NCBI GenBank assembly: GCA_963806185.1
Contig: CAWDXE010000007.1
Span: forward strand, 1-64,000
Direction of reading: 5' to 3'
Source of the DNA: an uncultured candidate division Zixibacteria bacterium
Lineage (GTDB): Bacteria > Zixibacteria > MSB-5A5 > GN15 > FEB-12
DNA length: 64,000 nucleotides
In this document: positions 1-9,764 of the stretch, piece after piece
How the letters are laid out: each line of letters starts with the position of its first letter
Numbering within the stretch: position 1 is the first letter of the stretch
Notes under the pieces: generated by a model
The model's database searches: none
Seen by the model: only the letters and a program-made list of their open reading frames with translations
What the model was told of the DNA's origin: nothing
Program-made: the position numbers and the translations under genes

Positions 1-176
1 GCGGGCTGAAGCCCACGGCAACGGCGGAGCGAGAGCGATCCGGCCAAAGCCCGAGGCCGGCTTCCGATTCGGAGTGGGATTCGCCTGCATCGCGTCTCTG
101 AGAGCGTCAGGGGCGAGCCCGCTGCGAGCTTCACGCGAGCCGATCCCTTCCGCCATTGCCGAGGGCTTCAGCCCGC
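1..176. repeat. REP/REPIN-like inverted repeat pair
   Basis: 1-28 gcgggctgaagcccacggcaacggcgga and 149-176 tccgccattgccgagggcttcagcccgc are reverse complements with 2 mismatches; each contains a gggc-tgaa/ttca-gccc palindrome. Confidence 0.6.
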
Positions 177-313
177 GGAATGCGGGCGGCCCCGCGCGAA
201 AGCCGTCGCGGAGGCCAGACCTGCGGTGCGCAACTCCCCGCCCAGGGAATCTCACCGTTCGTGGTGAGCGCAGCGGCGAGTCTGCGAGGCGCGGAGTCGA
301 TCCACACTCGGAT

Positions 314-800
314 CTACCCCACCGAGTCGCGAGCGGCCGCAACCAACCTCTCCACCCGTTCCCCCGAGCCACCCGCCCGGACCGTGCGCCTGAGCGCGCT
401 CACCCTCTCAATCTCGAGCCACAGTGCGTCGCGCGGCACGGCGTCCGCGAATCTGTCGGCCCACTCGGCGACGACGAGGCCCTGCGCGCCCTGGTCGAAC
501 ACGCCGACGTCGGCTACCTCGTCTACGGATCCCAATCGGTACAGATCGGCATGCACGAACGGGATGCGCGCGGCGTAGCTCTGTACGATTGTGAACGTCG
601 GCGATGCGACGCGCACGTTCCGCGGGCACACCGATTCCCTGGGCAATGGCCTGCGCGAGAAACGTCTTGCCGGCGCCGAGCCCACCGATGAGCGCGATCA
701 CATCGCCGGGTTGCGCCGCCGCCCCGAGTCGCTGGCCCAGTCTCCTCAGTGCGGCACGGGGGCCGGTCAGGAGGACCGTGTCGCGTGCGGGCGGGAGCAT
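314..800 (-). CDS. tsaE: tRNA threonylcarbamoyladenosine biosynthesis ATPase TsaE (frameshifted as read)
   Basis: P-loop GGLGAGKT in one frame; VASPTFTIVQSY..HADLYRL..VAEWADR in another; frame change near 600-625. Confidence 0.8.
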
Positions 801-903
801 GACGCGCTTGTACCGCCGCTGCGCCGGCGGCAGAAGGGCTTTCGCTCGGTGCGATGCGCGCCACGCGGGGCGCGTACGATCCGCGCGTGTTCGGCCGGCG
901 ACG

Positions 904-2770
904 ATGCTCGTGCTCGGTGCAGTGGCGGTGGCCAGTGGCTGCACGCGGCACGAGACAGTGACCTCGCCGCAGGATCTCCGCCTGCACACGATCGAGGCCC
1001 CGGCCGGGACCGACGTCGCCGAGTACACGATGGCCGCGCGGCTCGATGGCTCGCACCGGGTGATCGACGGCGACCGAGCACATCGTCTGGCGCAATCGCT
1101 CGCGATCGCCCGGCTGACGTGCTGTGGTGGCACTTGTACATGAACGCGTTCGACGCACCCGACACGCTGTTCATGCGAACGGGTGGCGCATCCGGTCATC
1201 GCGGTCACTCGCCACGGGATGCGCGGACGCATCGATGTGACGGCGCTTCGCTCGTCGAGCGGCGAGGATCTGCTCGCATCGAGTACCAACGACGAGAACG
1301 TCCCGCGCGACCGCACGCAGCTGCGCACGCCGTTTCCGCGCGCAGTGATGCCGGGCGAGACCATTGCGCTGGACGTACGTTTCGAACGACGCTCCCCGCG
1401 ACGTTCGCGCGCACTGGCTACTTCGATGACTTCACATTTGCCGGACAGTGGTTCCCCAAACTCGCCGTGCTCGAATCCGACGGCACCTGGTCGCACTTTC
1501 CGTTCCACGCGAACAGCGAGTTCTACGCGGACTTCGCGCGGTACGACGTCACGCTGACCGTGCCGCGGGGCGAGCGTGTCGGTGCGTGCGGCATCGAGAG
1601 TCGATCCCTCACGGCAAAGTGGCGATGGCGATCGACACCATTTCGTCGCCGAGCACACGCACGATTTCGCGTGGACCGCGTGGGCTTCGTTCCAGGAGAC
1701 GTGGCGCACGATCGATGGCATCGCGGTCCGCGTGCTCGCTCCGCCCGGCGAATCCGGTGTCGTGACACGATCGCTGGCATCGCTCGAGCGCGCGATTCCG
1801 GCATTCGCTGCACGCTACGGACGCTATCCGTACCCGCAGCTCACCGTGATCATTCCACCGCGCGGCGCCGGCGGTGTCGGCGGCATGGAATACCCGACGC
1901 TGATCACCACGGAGGGCTTGTGGTTCCTCCCGTCGAGCGTGCACGCCATCGAGTGGGTGACGATCCACGAGTTCGCACACCAGTACTTCTACGGTCTGTT
2001 CGCGAGCAACGAGTGGGCCTGGCCGTTTCTCGACGAAGGCCTGGCGGAATACACCACCGGGCGCGTCATGACCGACTGGTTCGGCTCCGGCTACGAACTG
2101 TTCGACGGGCTGGGGCTCGGGCTCGGCTACCACGCGTTCGAGGGCGGACTGGCGGGGAGCATCGACGACGCGCTGCCGGCCGCGGGCGGATCGTCGTCGT
2201 TTCCGTCGTATCGAGCGTACGGCGATCATGTGTATCGGCGCACGGCCGCTGCACTCGAGAGCGCGGAGCTGTTGTTCGGGCGCGATCGTCTCGACCGCGG
2301 ATTGCAGGCCTACGCGGTCGCCGCTCGCTTCGCGCACCCGACACCCGACGTGCTGTTCGATGCACTGCAATCGGCGGATCCGGCGATGAGCGGATTCGTG
2401 CGCCGCGCACTCGTCGGCCCTGGATCGCTCGACGACGCGATCACCTCGGTGCGCGTCGCGTCGCCCCGACGGCACCTGGACGACGTCGGTGCACACGCCA
2501 CACGACGGTCCTGGACGCGCTGCGACAGCTCGGGGTTGCCTTCGCGGACGGCAGTCGCCAGCGATCTCCGCTCGTCCCGGCGACCGAGCGCTGGACCTCG
2601 CCTCGGCGCTCCCGCTCGGTCCGCACCGCTCGATCCCGACGCTGCGTTCCGTGCGATCAGGACCCACTCGACGACGCACGCCTCGCGACCGGTGCGGCCC
2701 GCCCGCCCTCGAACTTCGTGTCCCGCACCTGCCTTCTGGCTCGAGGCGCTCCTCCGCCTGGTGGGCCCGT
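904..2770 (+). CDS. M1 family zinc aminopeptidase, multiply frameshifted
   Basis: Motifs split over three frames: WHLYMNAF, QWFPKLAV, EFYADF, HDFAW, GGMEYP, HEFAH-x18-E (DEGL); ends approximate. Confidence 0.75.
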
Positions 2771-2970
2771 CACGGGCGCTGCGTTCTGCTCTGCGCCGCG
2801 ACGCGCCGCTCGTCCTCGCGCTCGTCGTCGCCGAACTCGCGCTCGGGTGGTGCTCTCGCACGTCCTCGTGTCGGGGGTCGCCGAGCTCGTCGCCCCGCAC
2901 CCCGACGGCGTGCGTGCGCTGTTCGCGGACGGCTCGCGCGGGATCTTCGACGTCGTGTCGAACGGATCAC
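2770..2970 (+). pseudogene. 5' fragment of a membrane protein gene, truncated at the composition junction
   Basis: Hydrophobic LVLALVVAELALG..VLSHVLVSGVAELV..ALFADG peptide across two frames, cut off at ~2970. Confidence 0.35.
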
Positions 2971-2974
2971 CCAC

Positions 2975-4202
2975 ACCATGTCCGCGCGGAATCGTCTGCT
3001 GGCTCAAATTGTATAGACGGTCGATGACGATCACGAGAAAGCTGCCCAAAAAGAGCAGGGGGATACTTCCTCGTCCATACTTCTCCCAGATATAGAAAGC
3101 GCAAAACACACCGGCGAAAACGAGCACCATCTCGAATGAAAACTGCGGCCACTGCGTGGCAAGATTGAGATGTCGGGCCGCCAGCCAGGCATGCTGTGCC
3201 GACTCCGACCCGTATCGATAGATCGCGCGCAACAGCGGCAGCCAGTAGACGGCACTGACGATGGCGACACCACCGGCAATTATCAGTTTGTGTCGCAGGT
3301 CACGCCAGACGAACCGGAGAGACTTGGTCTGCACATACCTGGTGATCAAGATGAACGGCGTGACGATGAATCCAACGAAGAACCAGTAATAATAGGTAAT
3401 GAACAGAATTCCGCCAATCAGTGAACCGACAACGTAATCCTTCACCGAGAGCGGATGAGTGGTCGGCGTCCACCCTCGTTCCACGTAGTACAGCCACCAG
3501 GGGATGAACAGCCCCGCCACTACGGACTCGTAAAAGAGTGAGTCCATATATTTGTATGCGAAGAACAGCGTGACTACTACGATCGCCGCGCTCATCTTCG
3601 GCGAGACCAGCCGCCGCCACGAAAAGTACAACAGCCACGGGTAGACGAGGAAGATGAGGTAGTACCCCCACTTGACCGTCTGATATGCCTCGATGCCAAT
3701 CAGCTTCGCGTATAAGGCCGTGATGGCGAACCAGCCGGGAGGATAGAAGCTGGGCAAGTCTTTCAGATACCAGTCCTGGAAGAACGAACCGTAGGCCATC
3801 ATTTTGCAGACTTCGGCCAGCCGGTTGCCGTTGTCGCCCCAGATGCTGTTCATGCCATATTCGCTGGCTCGGAATAGGATCCCGTACAGAACGAGGAAGT
3901 AGGCCGAGACGCCGAACACCGCCCAGAATGGTGCCAGGCGCGTCTTTCGCACCGCATACAGTACTGTAACCGTGACCGCCAGCCAGCCCAATGACCAGAG
4001 CCGCGCTCTCACCATGTCCTGGAAGTGATCGTCCGAACCGAACCAGTACCCGACCGCCTGACGGTATAACTCAGCGCCGAAATAGGCGAGCAGCAGCTAC
4101 CGCCGGCGCAATGACCAGCCACTCCCAATACCGAATGCCGGTGCTGCGCAATACTTCGTTCTTGGCTCGCTCGGAAGACGGTTTTCGATTTGCTGTTGCC
4201 AT
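2975..4202 (-). CDS. AftA-like (arabinofuranosyltransferase N-terminal-type) GT-C membrane glycosyltransferase, 3'-truncated, one 5' frameshift
   Basis: IWGDNGNR...DWYLKDLPSFYPPGWF resembles the AftA 'D..R...LPPFYPPGWF' region; many TM helices; ATG at 4202, frame change near 4095-4100; C-terminus runs into the high-GC segment. Confidence 0.6.
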
Positions 4203-4508
4203 TGTTCGTTGGATGCCTATTAGTTCCGCCACTCCCATCGACCCACGGTGATCAACACGAGGTAGTGGCTGGATTCTGAGCAGGTCAATCTACTGCACTT
4301 CAATCTCCGGGACAACAGCCAAGATTTTTCCGCGAAGCTACGGCAAACCTGGCCAATAGTAGAACTTCACCTATGTCCGTCATCACCCCTGTACCGGTCA
4401 TCACCCCGCGGTTGCAGGAATCATACGCTCAACGAATGTATCCGTTCAGTCGATCCGGCTCTCGCGCCAACCGTCTGAAAGACAGATCGTTGGATTACGA
4501 CAAATCAA

Positions 4509-4537
4509 TTGACAGGGCCGATGGTTCTGTGCATCTT
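4509..4537 (+). promoter_or_regulatory. sigma70-like promoter for tRNA-Leu
   Basis: TTGACA-N17-CATCTT ending ~30 bp upstream of the tRNA. Confidence 0.55.
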
Positions 4538-4568
4538 AGGGCCCGCGTAAAGCGGACAGACAGCAGTT

Positions 4569-4652
4569 GCCGAAGTGGTGAAATTGGTAGACGCGCTGCG
4601 TTCAGGGCGCAGTACTCGCAAGGGTGTGGGGGTTCGAGTCCCCCCTTCGGCA
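4569..4652 (+). tRNA. tRNA-Leu(CAG), CCA not encoded at this copy
   Basis: GCCGAAG acceptor pairs with CTTCGGC-A; D-loop TGGTAGAC; anticodon arm CTGCG-TT-CAG-GG-CGCAG; long variable arm; GGTTCGAGTCC T-arm. Confidence 0.95.
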
Positions 4653-4899
4653 TTTTCCATGTAACCGATTACCCAACAACCACTTAACACATTATGTTCT
4701 GGTCCCATACTCGTTAGTCAATTTTGTAACCATGTGATTTTCAATAACATACAAATTCACGAAACGTAGAGTTCTAGTGTCCTTATTGTGAAAGTGTGCG
4801 ATCTGCTGGTGCCAGTACTCCCACATGATCGATCAACATCTCATCAATTTTGTGATGCCAGAATGTTAGCCCATGCAGTCGCACAAACTTGTGTCCTCG

Positions 4900-4928
4900 G
4901 TCGGGGGTTCGATTCCCCCCACCTCCAC
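4900..4928 (+). repeat. tmRNA (ssrA) 3'-end fragment, att-like, copy 1
   Basis: gtcgggggttcgattccccccacctccac = T-arm plus acceptor 3' strand typical of tmRNA; no 5' part seen upstream. Confidence 0.7.
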
Positions 4929-5067
4929 AATCGTGGGTCTAATATGCCTATATTAAGTGAAGTATTTCCTGCAGTGAGAGCTGTCAACAAACGAAAACCG
5001 GAACCGCTGGTTGATCTAAGCACGGCCCTTGGCCGAGGCAGTCAGATGCCGTTAACCTAGTTCTCTT

Positions 5068-7563
5068 CTATTTGTCAATGCTCGCCTTGAATTGAGGCGA
5101 TGGTATCACTGGCAAGAGCACGTGCGAAGGCCGGTCCTTGTCATGATAGATTGTCTGTCTTGCGCTGACAAACGCGGTCTCCGTTTCATTGTGCCCACCG
5201 GTGTTGAGATTCCTGGAGAACATCGGGAACGACGCTGATGCAACTTCGACTCTCAGTTTCTCACCCGCAGGAATGGTCACGCCTGTTTGCCACATATCAA
5301 GATGATACTCATAGACTGCGTCGGGCTCTAGGAGTTGCGGTTTTTCGAATGAAGTTCTGTACCTTGCGCGGATGACGCCGTGTACTAGTGGAAAGACTTG
5401 CCCCGTCGAATCGACTTTGGACAGGCGCATGAACCAATCAGTGTCTTTTGCGGATGAAGCTGCAAATAGGACCGCGGATACCGGGCCGGCGAGTGTCAAA
5501 GCTTCGGAGAAAGCAGGGGTTTCGTATACTAAGATGTCGTTCCTAGTCCTGTTTACAGTCGCATAGTTCGCGCGGATCTTAGCTCTCGACTCCTCGGAGG
5601 ATCGTATCTTAGTCGAATCAACGAGCGAATCATCGAGGAATTCTTCCGGGTCTATATAGTAAAGCGGATCGGGCGTCGGATCTCCGGGATCATAGGTAAA
5701 CGTATCGGTCGGAGCACCCGTGGAAAGGTCGGTTGAAAGCACACCATTCCCTTGAGAAGTATTCGCGCTGCCAGAACTACTGAGATAATACTTGGTGAAT
5801 CGTGTTGTCGATAACGGATAGACACTATCCTGCAGCCACTGATTTGTCCCCATCACGAACAGCGAAACAAGCGGTTCTTGGTCAAGGCCGTTGTCCATGC
5901 CCAGCAGCCAATGGTCAAGCCAGCGAGTATACTCAAGATCAAGATCAACAATGGCATTTGGTCCAAAGTCTACTCCGTTGGGGCCCGTCCTCGTTGCCTG
6001 AGCAGAGTGCCCCCACGGTCCGAGTATTAGCTTCTGATTGTCATGCCCGGCAGTTGACATCGCCAAGTAGTTCAATTTCGAACCGATACCGTCTCCATCA
6101 TACCAACCTGATTGATGGAACACCGGCATATCAACATCTTTCAGGTGCTCCAGAAAACTGGCCCTTTGCCAATAGTCATCGTTATCCGGGTGAGCAATCC
6201 AGTCGCGCCAGTACTTGTTCCTCTTACCCAAAACGACTGAATCAAGATCCGACACAGGCAGATGCATCAGAAGTTTTGCGTACTTCTTCTCATTGATATT
6301 TCGCATTGCCTCACCGGTTATGTCTCCCGTAGCATCCTCTTCAAGAATGTTGGCCCACCAGATGGATCCTAACAAGAAGAACGCCCCATATTCATACGGG
6401 ATATTGAAATAGGGATCGGGAGGAGAGACATTGGGGATGATCGTCACCAGGTGTGGAGGGCGTTCTCTCGCCGCCCACCACTGGACCCATCCGACGTATG
6501 ATGCACCTATCATCCCAACCTTGCCGTTTGACCAAGGTTGTGCAGCGAGCCATTCGATAGCGTCATATCCGTCCTTCGGTTCGTCAAAGAACGGCTCCCA
6601 ATTGCCCGGAGACGAAAACCTGCCTCTGCAGTCCTGTACCGCATACACATATCCTCGACGAGCGAAAAACTTTGCCTGAAGTTCGTTCAGCTCCTTCTTA
6701 TAGGGCGTTCGAACGAGGACTATCGGAAACTGCCCTTCGCCCTTGGGGCGATAGATGTCGGTGGCAAGCTTGATCCCATCACGCATCGGCACACCGATGC
6801 CACTATCAACTTCGAAATCGTAGGTCGGCAGCGACATGAGTGAGTCAGCTGCCGGCGGAATGCGCAGGGCCTCATAGCCGTTTCGCACATAAGCCCCACG
6901 CTGTGCTGGTACGTCTCCGTAGCATACTCTGTGCTTCTCGTCAACCCAGAGTGTAACATCCACTCCCGGCAATCCGAGTCTGTACAGAGTGAAGCTCTGG
7001 AATCGGCCCATGATATTCCTGTCCACTACCTGCAATCGCTCTACTGAGACATCTCGTACTGCCTGGGGAATGAGAAAGACCGGAAAGACCTGTTTCCCCC
7101 CTGCGGCCTGATCATAGGCCACCACAATCTGGCTCATTAGCATCGGGGTGAAATTCTCAAAGAGAAGAGTGCTCGGCCTAAGTACAATCGACTGGGTTTG
7201 ACCGAGCGCGGTTACCTTGACGAGAGTATCTTCTCTAACGACCTCAACTGCACCCTGAGGCGTGGTCATACTAATACCTGTCCACAGCCCTAAGGCGTCC
7301 ACACTTATCTGCATCGAAACCGCTACGGTCTGACCAGCGGTCGCCACGGTGTACGCCGATCCAACGGACCCATCCCTTTTCCACTCCGAGTGATTCTGAA
7401 CTAAGACTTCTTCGTTCAGATAAAAGGTATAGCTGGCACTGTCTTCGAAGACAGCCAGAGAGGGAACCGCCGATACAGACCGGGTAGGCGAAGCGAATAC
7501 CAGGGACTCCGGAATCACTGCAGCAACGATCAACATGGCGATTATCGATAAACGACTGTTCAT
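5068..7563 (-). CDS. CocE/NonD family (S15) serine hydrolase with signal peptide and N-terminal extension
   Basis: VPMRDGIKLATDIYRP, RTPY, QDCRGRFSS, nucleophile GASYVG, GWYD, GPWGH, C-terminal FSRNLNTG. Confidence 0.9.
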   Translation of the reverse strand: MNSRLSIIAMLIVAAVIPESLVFASPTRSVSAVPSLAVFEDSASYTFYLNEEVLVQNHSEWKRDGSVGSAYTVATAGQTVAVSMQISVDALGLWTGISMTTPQGAVEVVREDTLVKVTALGQTQSIVLRPSTLLFENFTPMLMSQIVVAYDQAAGGKQVFPVFLIPQAVRDVSVERLQVVDRNIMGRFQSFTLYRLGLPGVDVTLWVDEKHRVCYGDVPAQRGAYVRNGYEALRIPPAADSLMSLPTYDFEVDSGIGVPMRDGIKLATDIYRPKGEGQFPIVLVRTPYKKELNELQAKFFARRGYVYAVQDCRGRFSSPGNWEPFFDEPKDGYDAIEWLAAQPWSNGKVGMIGASYVGWVQWWAARERPPHLVTIIPNVSPPDPYFNIPYEYGAFFLLGSIWWANILEEDATGDITGEAMRNINEKKYAKLLMHLPVSDLDSVVLGKRNKYWRDWIAHPDNDDYWQRASFLEHLKDVDMPVFHQSGWYDGDGIGSKLNYLAMSTAGHDNQKLILGPWGHSAQATRTGPNGVDFGPNAIVDLDLEYTRWLDHWLLGMDNGLDQEPLVSLFVMGTNQWLQDSVYPLSTTRFTKYYLSSSGSANTSQGNGVLSTDLSTGAPTDTFTYDPGDPTPDPLYYIDPEEFLDDSLVDSTKIRSSEESRAKIRANYATVNRTRNDILVYETPAFSEALTLAGPVSAVLFAASSAKDTDWFMRLSKVDSTGQVFPLVHGVIRARYRTSFEKPQLLEPDAVYEYHLDMWQTGVTIPAGEKLRVEVASASFPMFSRNLNTGGHNETETAFVSARQTIYHDKDRPSHVLLPVIPSPQFKASIDK

Positions 7564-7950
7564 GACTTTTTCCCTCATGGTGCTTTTCGAACTTTCATCA
7601 CGATTGAATAGCGCACGAAAAGTTTCGAGCGATCGTCAGTGAAGCCTCTTTCCTAGTGCATTGAAAGAAGTGAAAAATGCCGTGACCAGATTATCAACGC
7701 ACCGTTGCCTGACACCTTCGAAAATAGAATATTCAAACTAATAGCCTCATGCAACAAGTGTCTTTATCGATTTGGTGTCCTCTGCACACGAATTGGCCAG
7801 AGGAGATTAAGCACACCTTCGGAGCGGCGGACCTCATCCCTTCGTCGCTACCGCGAAAAGACATTAGTTAGTCAGAGCAGGTCCCAATCAGAGCTACCTT
7901 CTATGACCGATAATTGTTCTGACATCACGCGAGAATGCACCGGATCGTAA

Positions 7951-8448
7951 CTACCGCAAGGTTGGCATCAACAGTCTCCGGCGTGTATAGGCGATCAGAC
8001 CGCCGGCATCTATAATTGCCTGTCGCGCCGGCGGCAACGGCTCCGTCATAAATCCCTTTCCGGTGGTGACGTTAATAATCTTGCCTGGGATAATCTCGAG
8101 CTCGTCTCCTTCACTCGCCTCTATGGTCGGACAGATTACGACGTTCAGACCAAGGTTAATCGCATTCTGCAGGAAGATGCGTGCTATGCTCTTGGCCACG
8201 ACTGTCAACTCGTGTCCACGAATTGTGCTTGCCGCCTGCTCGCGGCTGGAACCACAACCGAAATTCTCATCGGCCACGATCACGCTGCCGGCCGGAATCT
8301 CCTTTGCCTTCAGCCTGGCGTTGAATTCCGTACGATCGTTGAAGCAGAACTGTGGCGTTTCGGTCGGTAGGACGGTCGCCATGAACCGACCGGGGTAGAT
8401 ATCATCGGTGCTGACATCTTTACCGAGTTTCAGTACGGCTTTGGCCAT
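7951..8448 (-). CDS. LeuD-like (isopropylmalate/homoaconitate hydratase) small subunit
   Basis: STDDIYPG, NFGCGSSRE, ARIFLQNAINLG, AGGL. Confidence 0.9.
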   Translation of the reverse strand: MAKAVLKLGKDVSTDDIYPGRFMATVLPTETPQFCFNDRTEFNARLKAKEIPAGSVIVADENFGCGSSREQAASTIRGHELTVVAKSIARIFLQNAINLGLNVVICPTIEASEGDELEIIPGKIINVTTGKGFMTEPLPPARQAIIDAGGLIAYTRRRLLMPTLR

Positions 8449-8449
8449 G

Positions 8450-9742
8450 TTATCGTCCTCCTGCGCGTGGATCGGTGATGACGCCGGTAATGGCGCTGGC
8501 GGCCGCGACGGCCGGACTGCAGAGATAGACTTCGGACTTCGGATTTCCCATACGGCCTTTGAAATTGCGGTTGGTAGTCGCTAACGCTACCTCTTCATCG
8601 CCCAACGCCCCCTGGTGCACACCAAGACATGGCCCGCAGCCGGGATTCATCACCACCGCGCCGGCCTTGATCAGCTCTTCGATATATCCTGCCTGCAATG
8701 CCTGTGCGTAAACGCGGCTCGAAGCGGGGAAGACGATCATGCGTGTGCTATTCGCGACCTTCTTCCTCTTGATGATCTTGGTCGCGATCTCAAGATCATC
8801 GAGGCGGCCATTAGTGCAACTTCCGATAACGATCTGGTGAACTGGCTTGCCGGCAACTGCACCGACCGGTTTGACATTGTCAACCGTGTGTGGACAGGCG
8901 ATCTGCGGCTCTAACGCTGAGACATCGATCTTGACAACTCTTTCATAGACCGCATCCGGATCAGGAAGCACACGGTTAATCGGATCGGTTACGCCAGCTT
9001 CCTGCCTGAGATACCGTTCGGTTTCGTCGTCAGCCGGAACAATACCGCTCGTGGCTCCTGCTTCAACGCTCATATTGCAGATGACGAGGCGACCGCTTGT
9101 CGACATCGCCTTGATGGTTTCGCCGTGAAACTCCAGCACACGGAAGTTCGCGCCCTGAGCGGTCAGAACGCCGATCAGATGCAGGATCAGATCCTTGGGG
9201 CCGACATAGTCGGCGAACTTGCCGGTTACAATCACCTTGATCGTCGGTGGTACTTCAATATTCAGCGCCACGCCGAGCGTCCAGACTGAAGCCATTTCAG
9301 TAGCGCCAATTCCGAAAGAGAATGCTCCGAGCGCACCATGACTCGTCGTGTGGCTGTCAGTTCCAACGACCACTGAGCCCGGTTTGACATAGCCAAATTC
9401 CGGGAGTATCTGGTGGCAGATACCACCGCGGTCGCCACGAATATCATGAAACTTCGCAATCCCGTGATTGCCGACAAAGCCGCGCACGAGTTTCTGATTG
9501 GTCGCAGTCTTGGGGCTTTCTGCCGGCACGCGATGGTCAAAGATGACGGCAATACGTGAGGGATCCCATGGTTTTGGCTCGCGTCCGGTTCCCTGATAGA
9601 TCTCTTTGAACTGGTTTACGACCAGCGCGGCGTTTTCGTGGGACATCGCGAGGTCAACCTCTGGCTCCACGACATCCAACGCCCTGACAGACTTCGAACC
9701 TACTGCCCGGGCCAGGATCTTTTCGACAACAGTCATTCCCAT
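8450..9742 (-). CDS. LeuC-like aconitase family large subunit
   Basis: FDH, GICHQ, GTDSHT, GSCTNGR, GCGPCLG, TNRNFKGRMG. Confidence 0.92.
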   Translation of the reverse strand: MGMTVVEKILARAVGSKSVRALDVVEPEVDLAMSHENAALVVNQFKEIYQGTGREPKPWDPSRIAVIFDHRVPAESPKTATNQKLVRGFVGNHGIAKFHDIRGDRGGICHQILPEFGYVKPGSVVVGTDSHTTSHGALGAFSFGIGATEMASVWTLGVALNIEVPPTIKVIVTGKFADYVGPKDLILHLIGVLTAQGANFRVLEFHGETIKAMSTSGRLVICNMSVEAGATSGIVPADDETERYLRQEAGVTDPINRVLPDPDAVYERVVKIDVSALEPQIACPHTVDNVKPVGAVAGKPVHQIVIGSCTNGRLDDLEIATKIIKRKKVANSTRMIVFPASSRVYAQALQAGYIEELIKAGAVVMNPGCGPCLGVHQGALGDEEVALATTNRNFKGRMGNPKSEVYLCSPAVAAASAITGVITDPRAGGR

Positions 9743-9764
9743 ATGTATCCTCACACTCTGGTGA

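Noticed and set aside
2657..2975. Apparent low-complexity C-terminal extension of the AftA-like protein
   Set aside because: Read-through across the probable chimeric junction into antisense high-GC DNA.
591..3095. 834-aa ORF and other long overlapping ORFs in the first 3 kb
   Set aside because: Artefacts of high GC and frameshifts; real M1 and TsaE motifs hop between frames.
4373..4708. ORFs 4373-4687 and 4505-4708
   Set aside because: They overlap the tRNA and its promoter; shadow ORFs.
4560..4930. Complete tmRNA gene ending at 4928
   Set aside because: No matching GGGGG-type 5' acceptor strand or tag-peptide frame is visible upstream; only the 3' fragment is present.
7682..7700. Inverted copy of the module-boundary motif (gtgaccagattatcaacgc)
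   Set aside because: Only about 13/19 identity; may be chance, although it lies between two cargo units.
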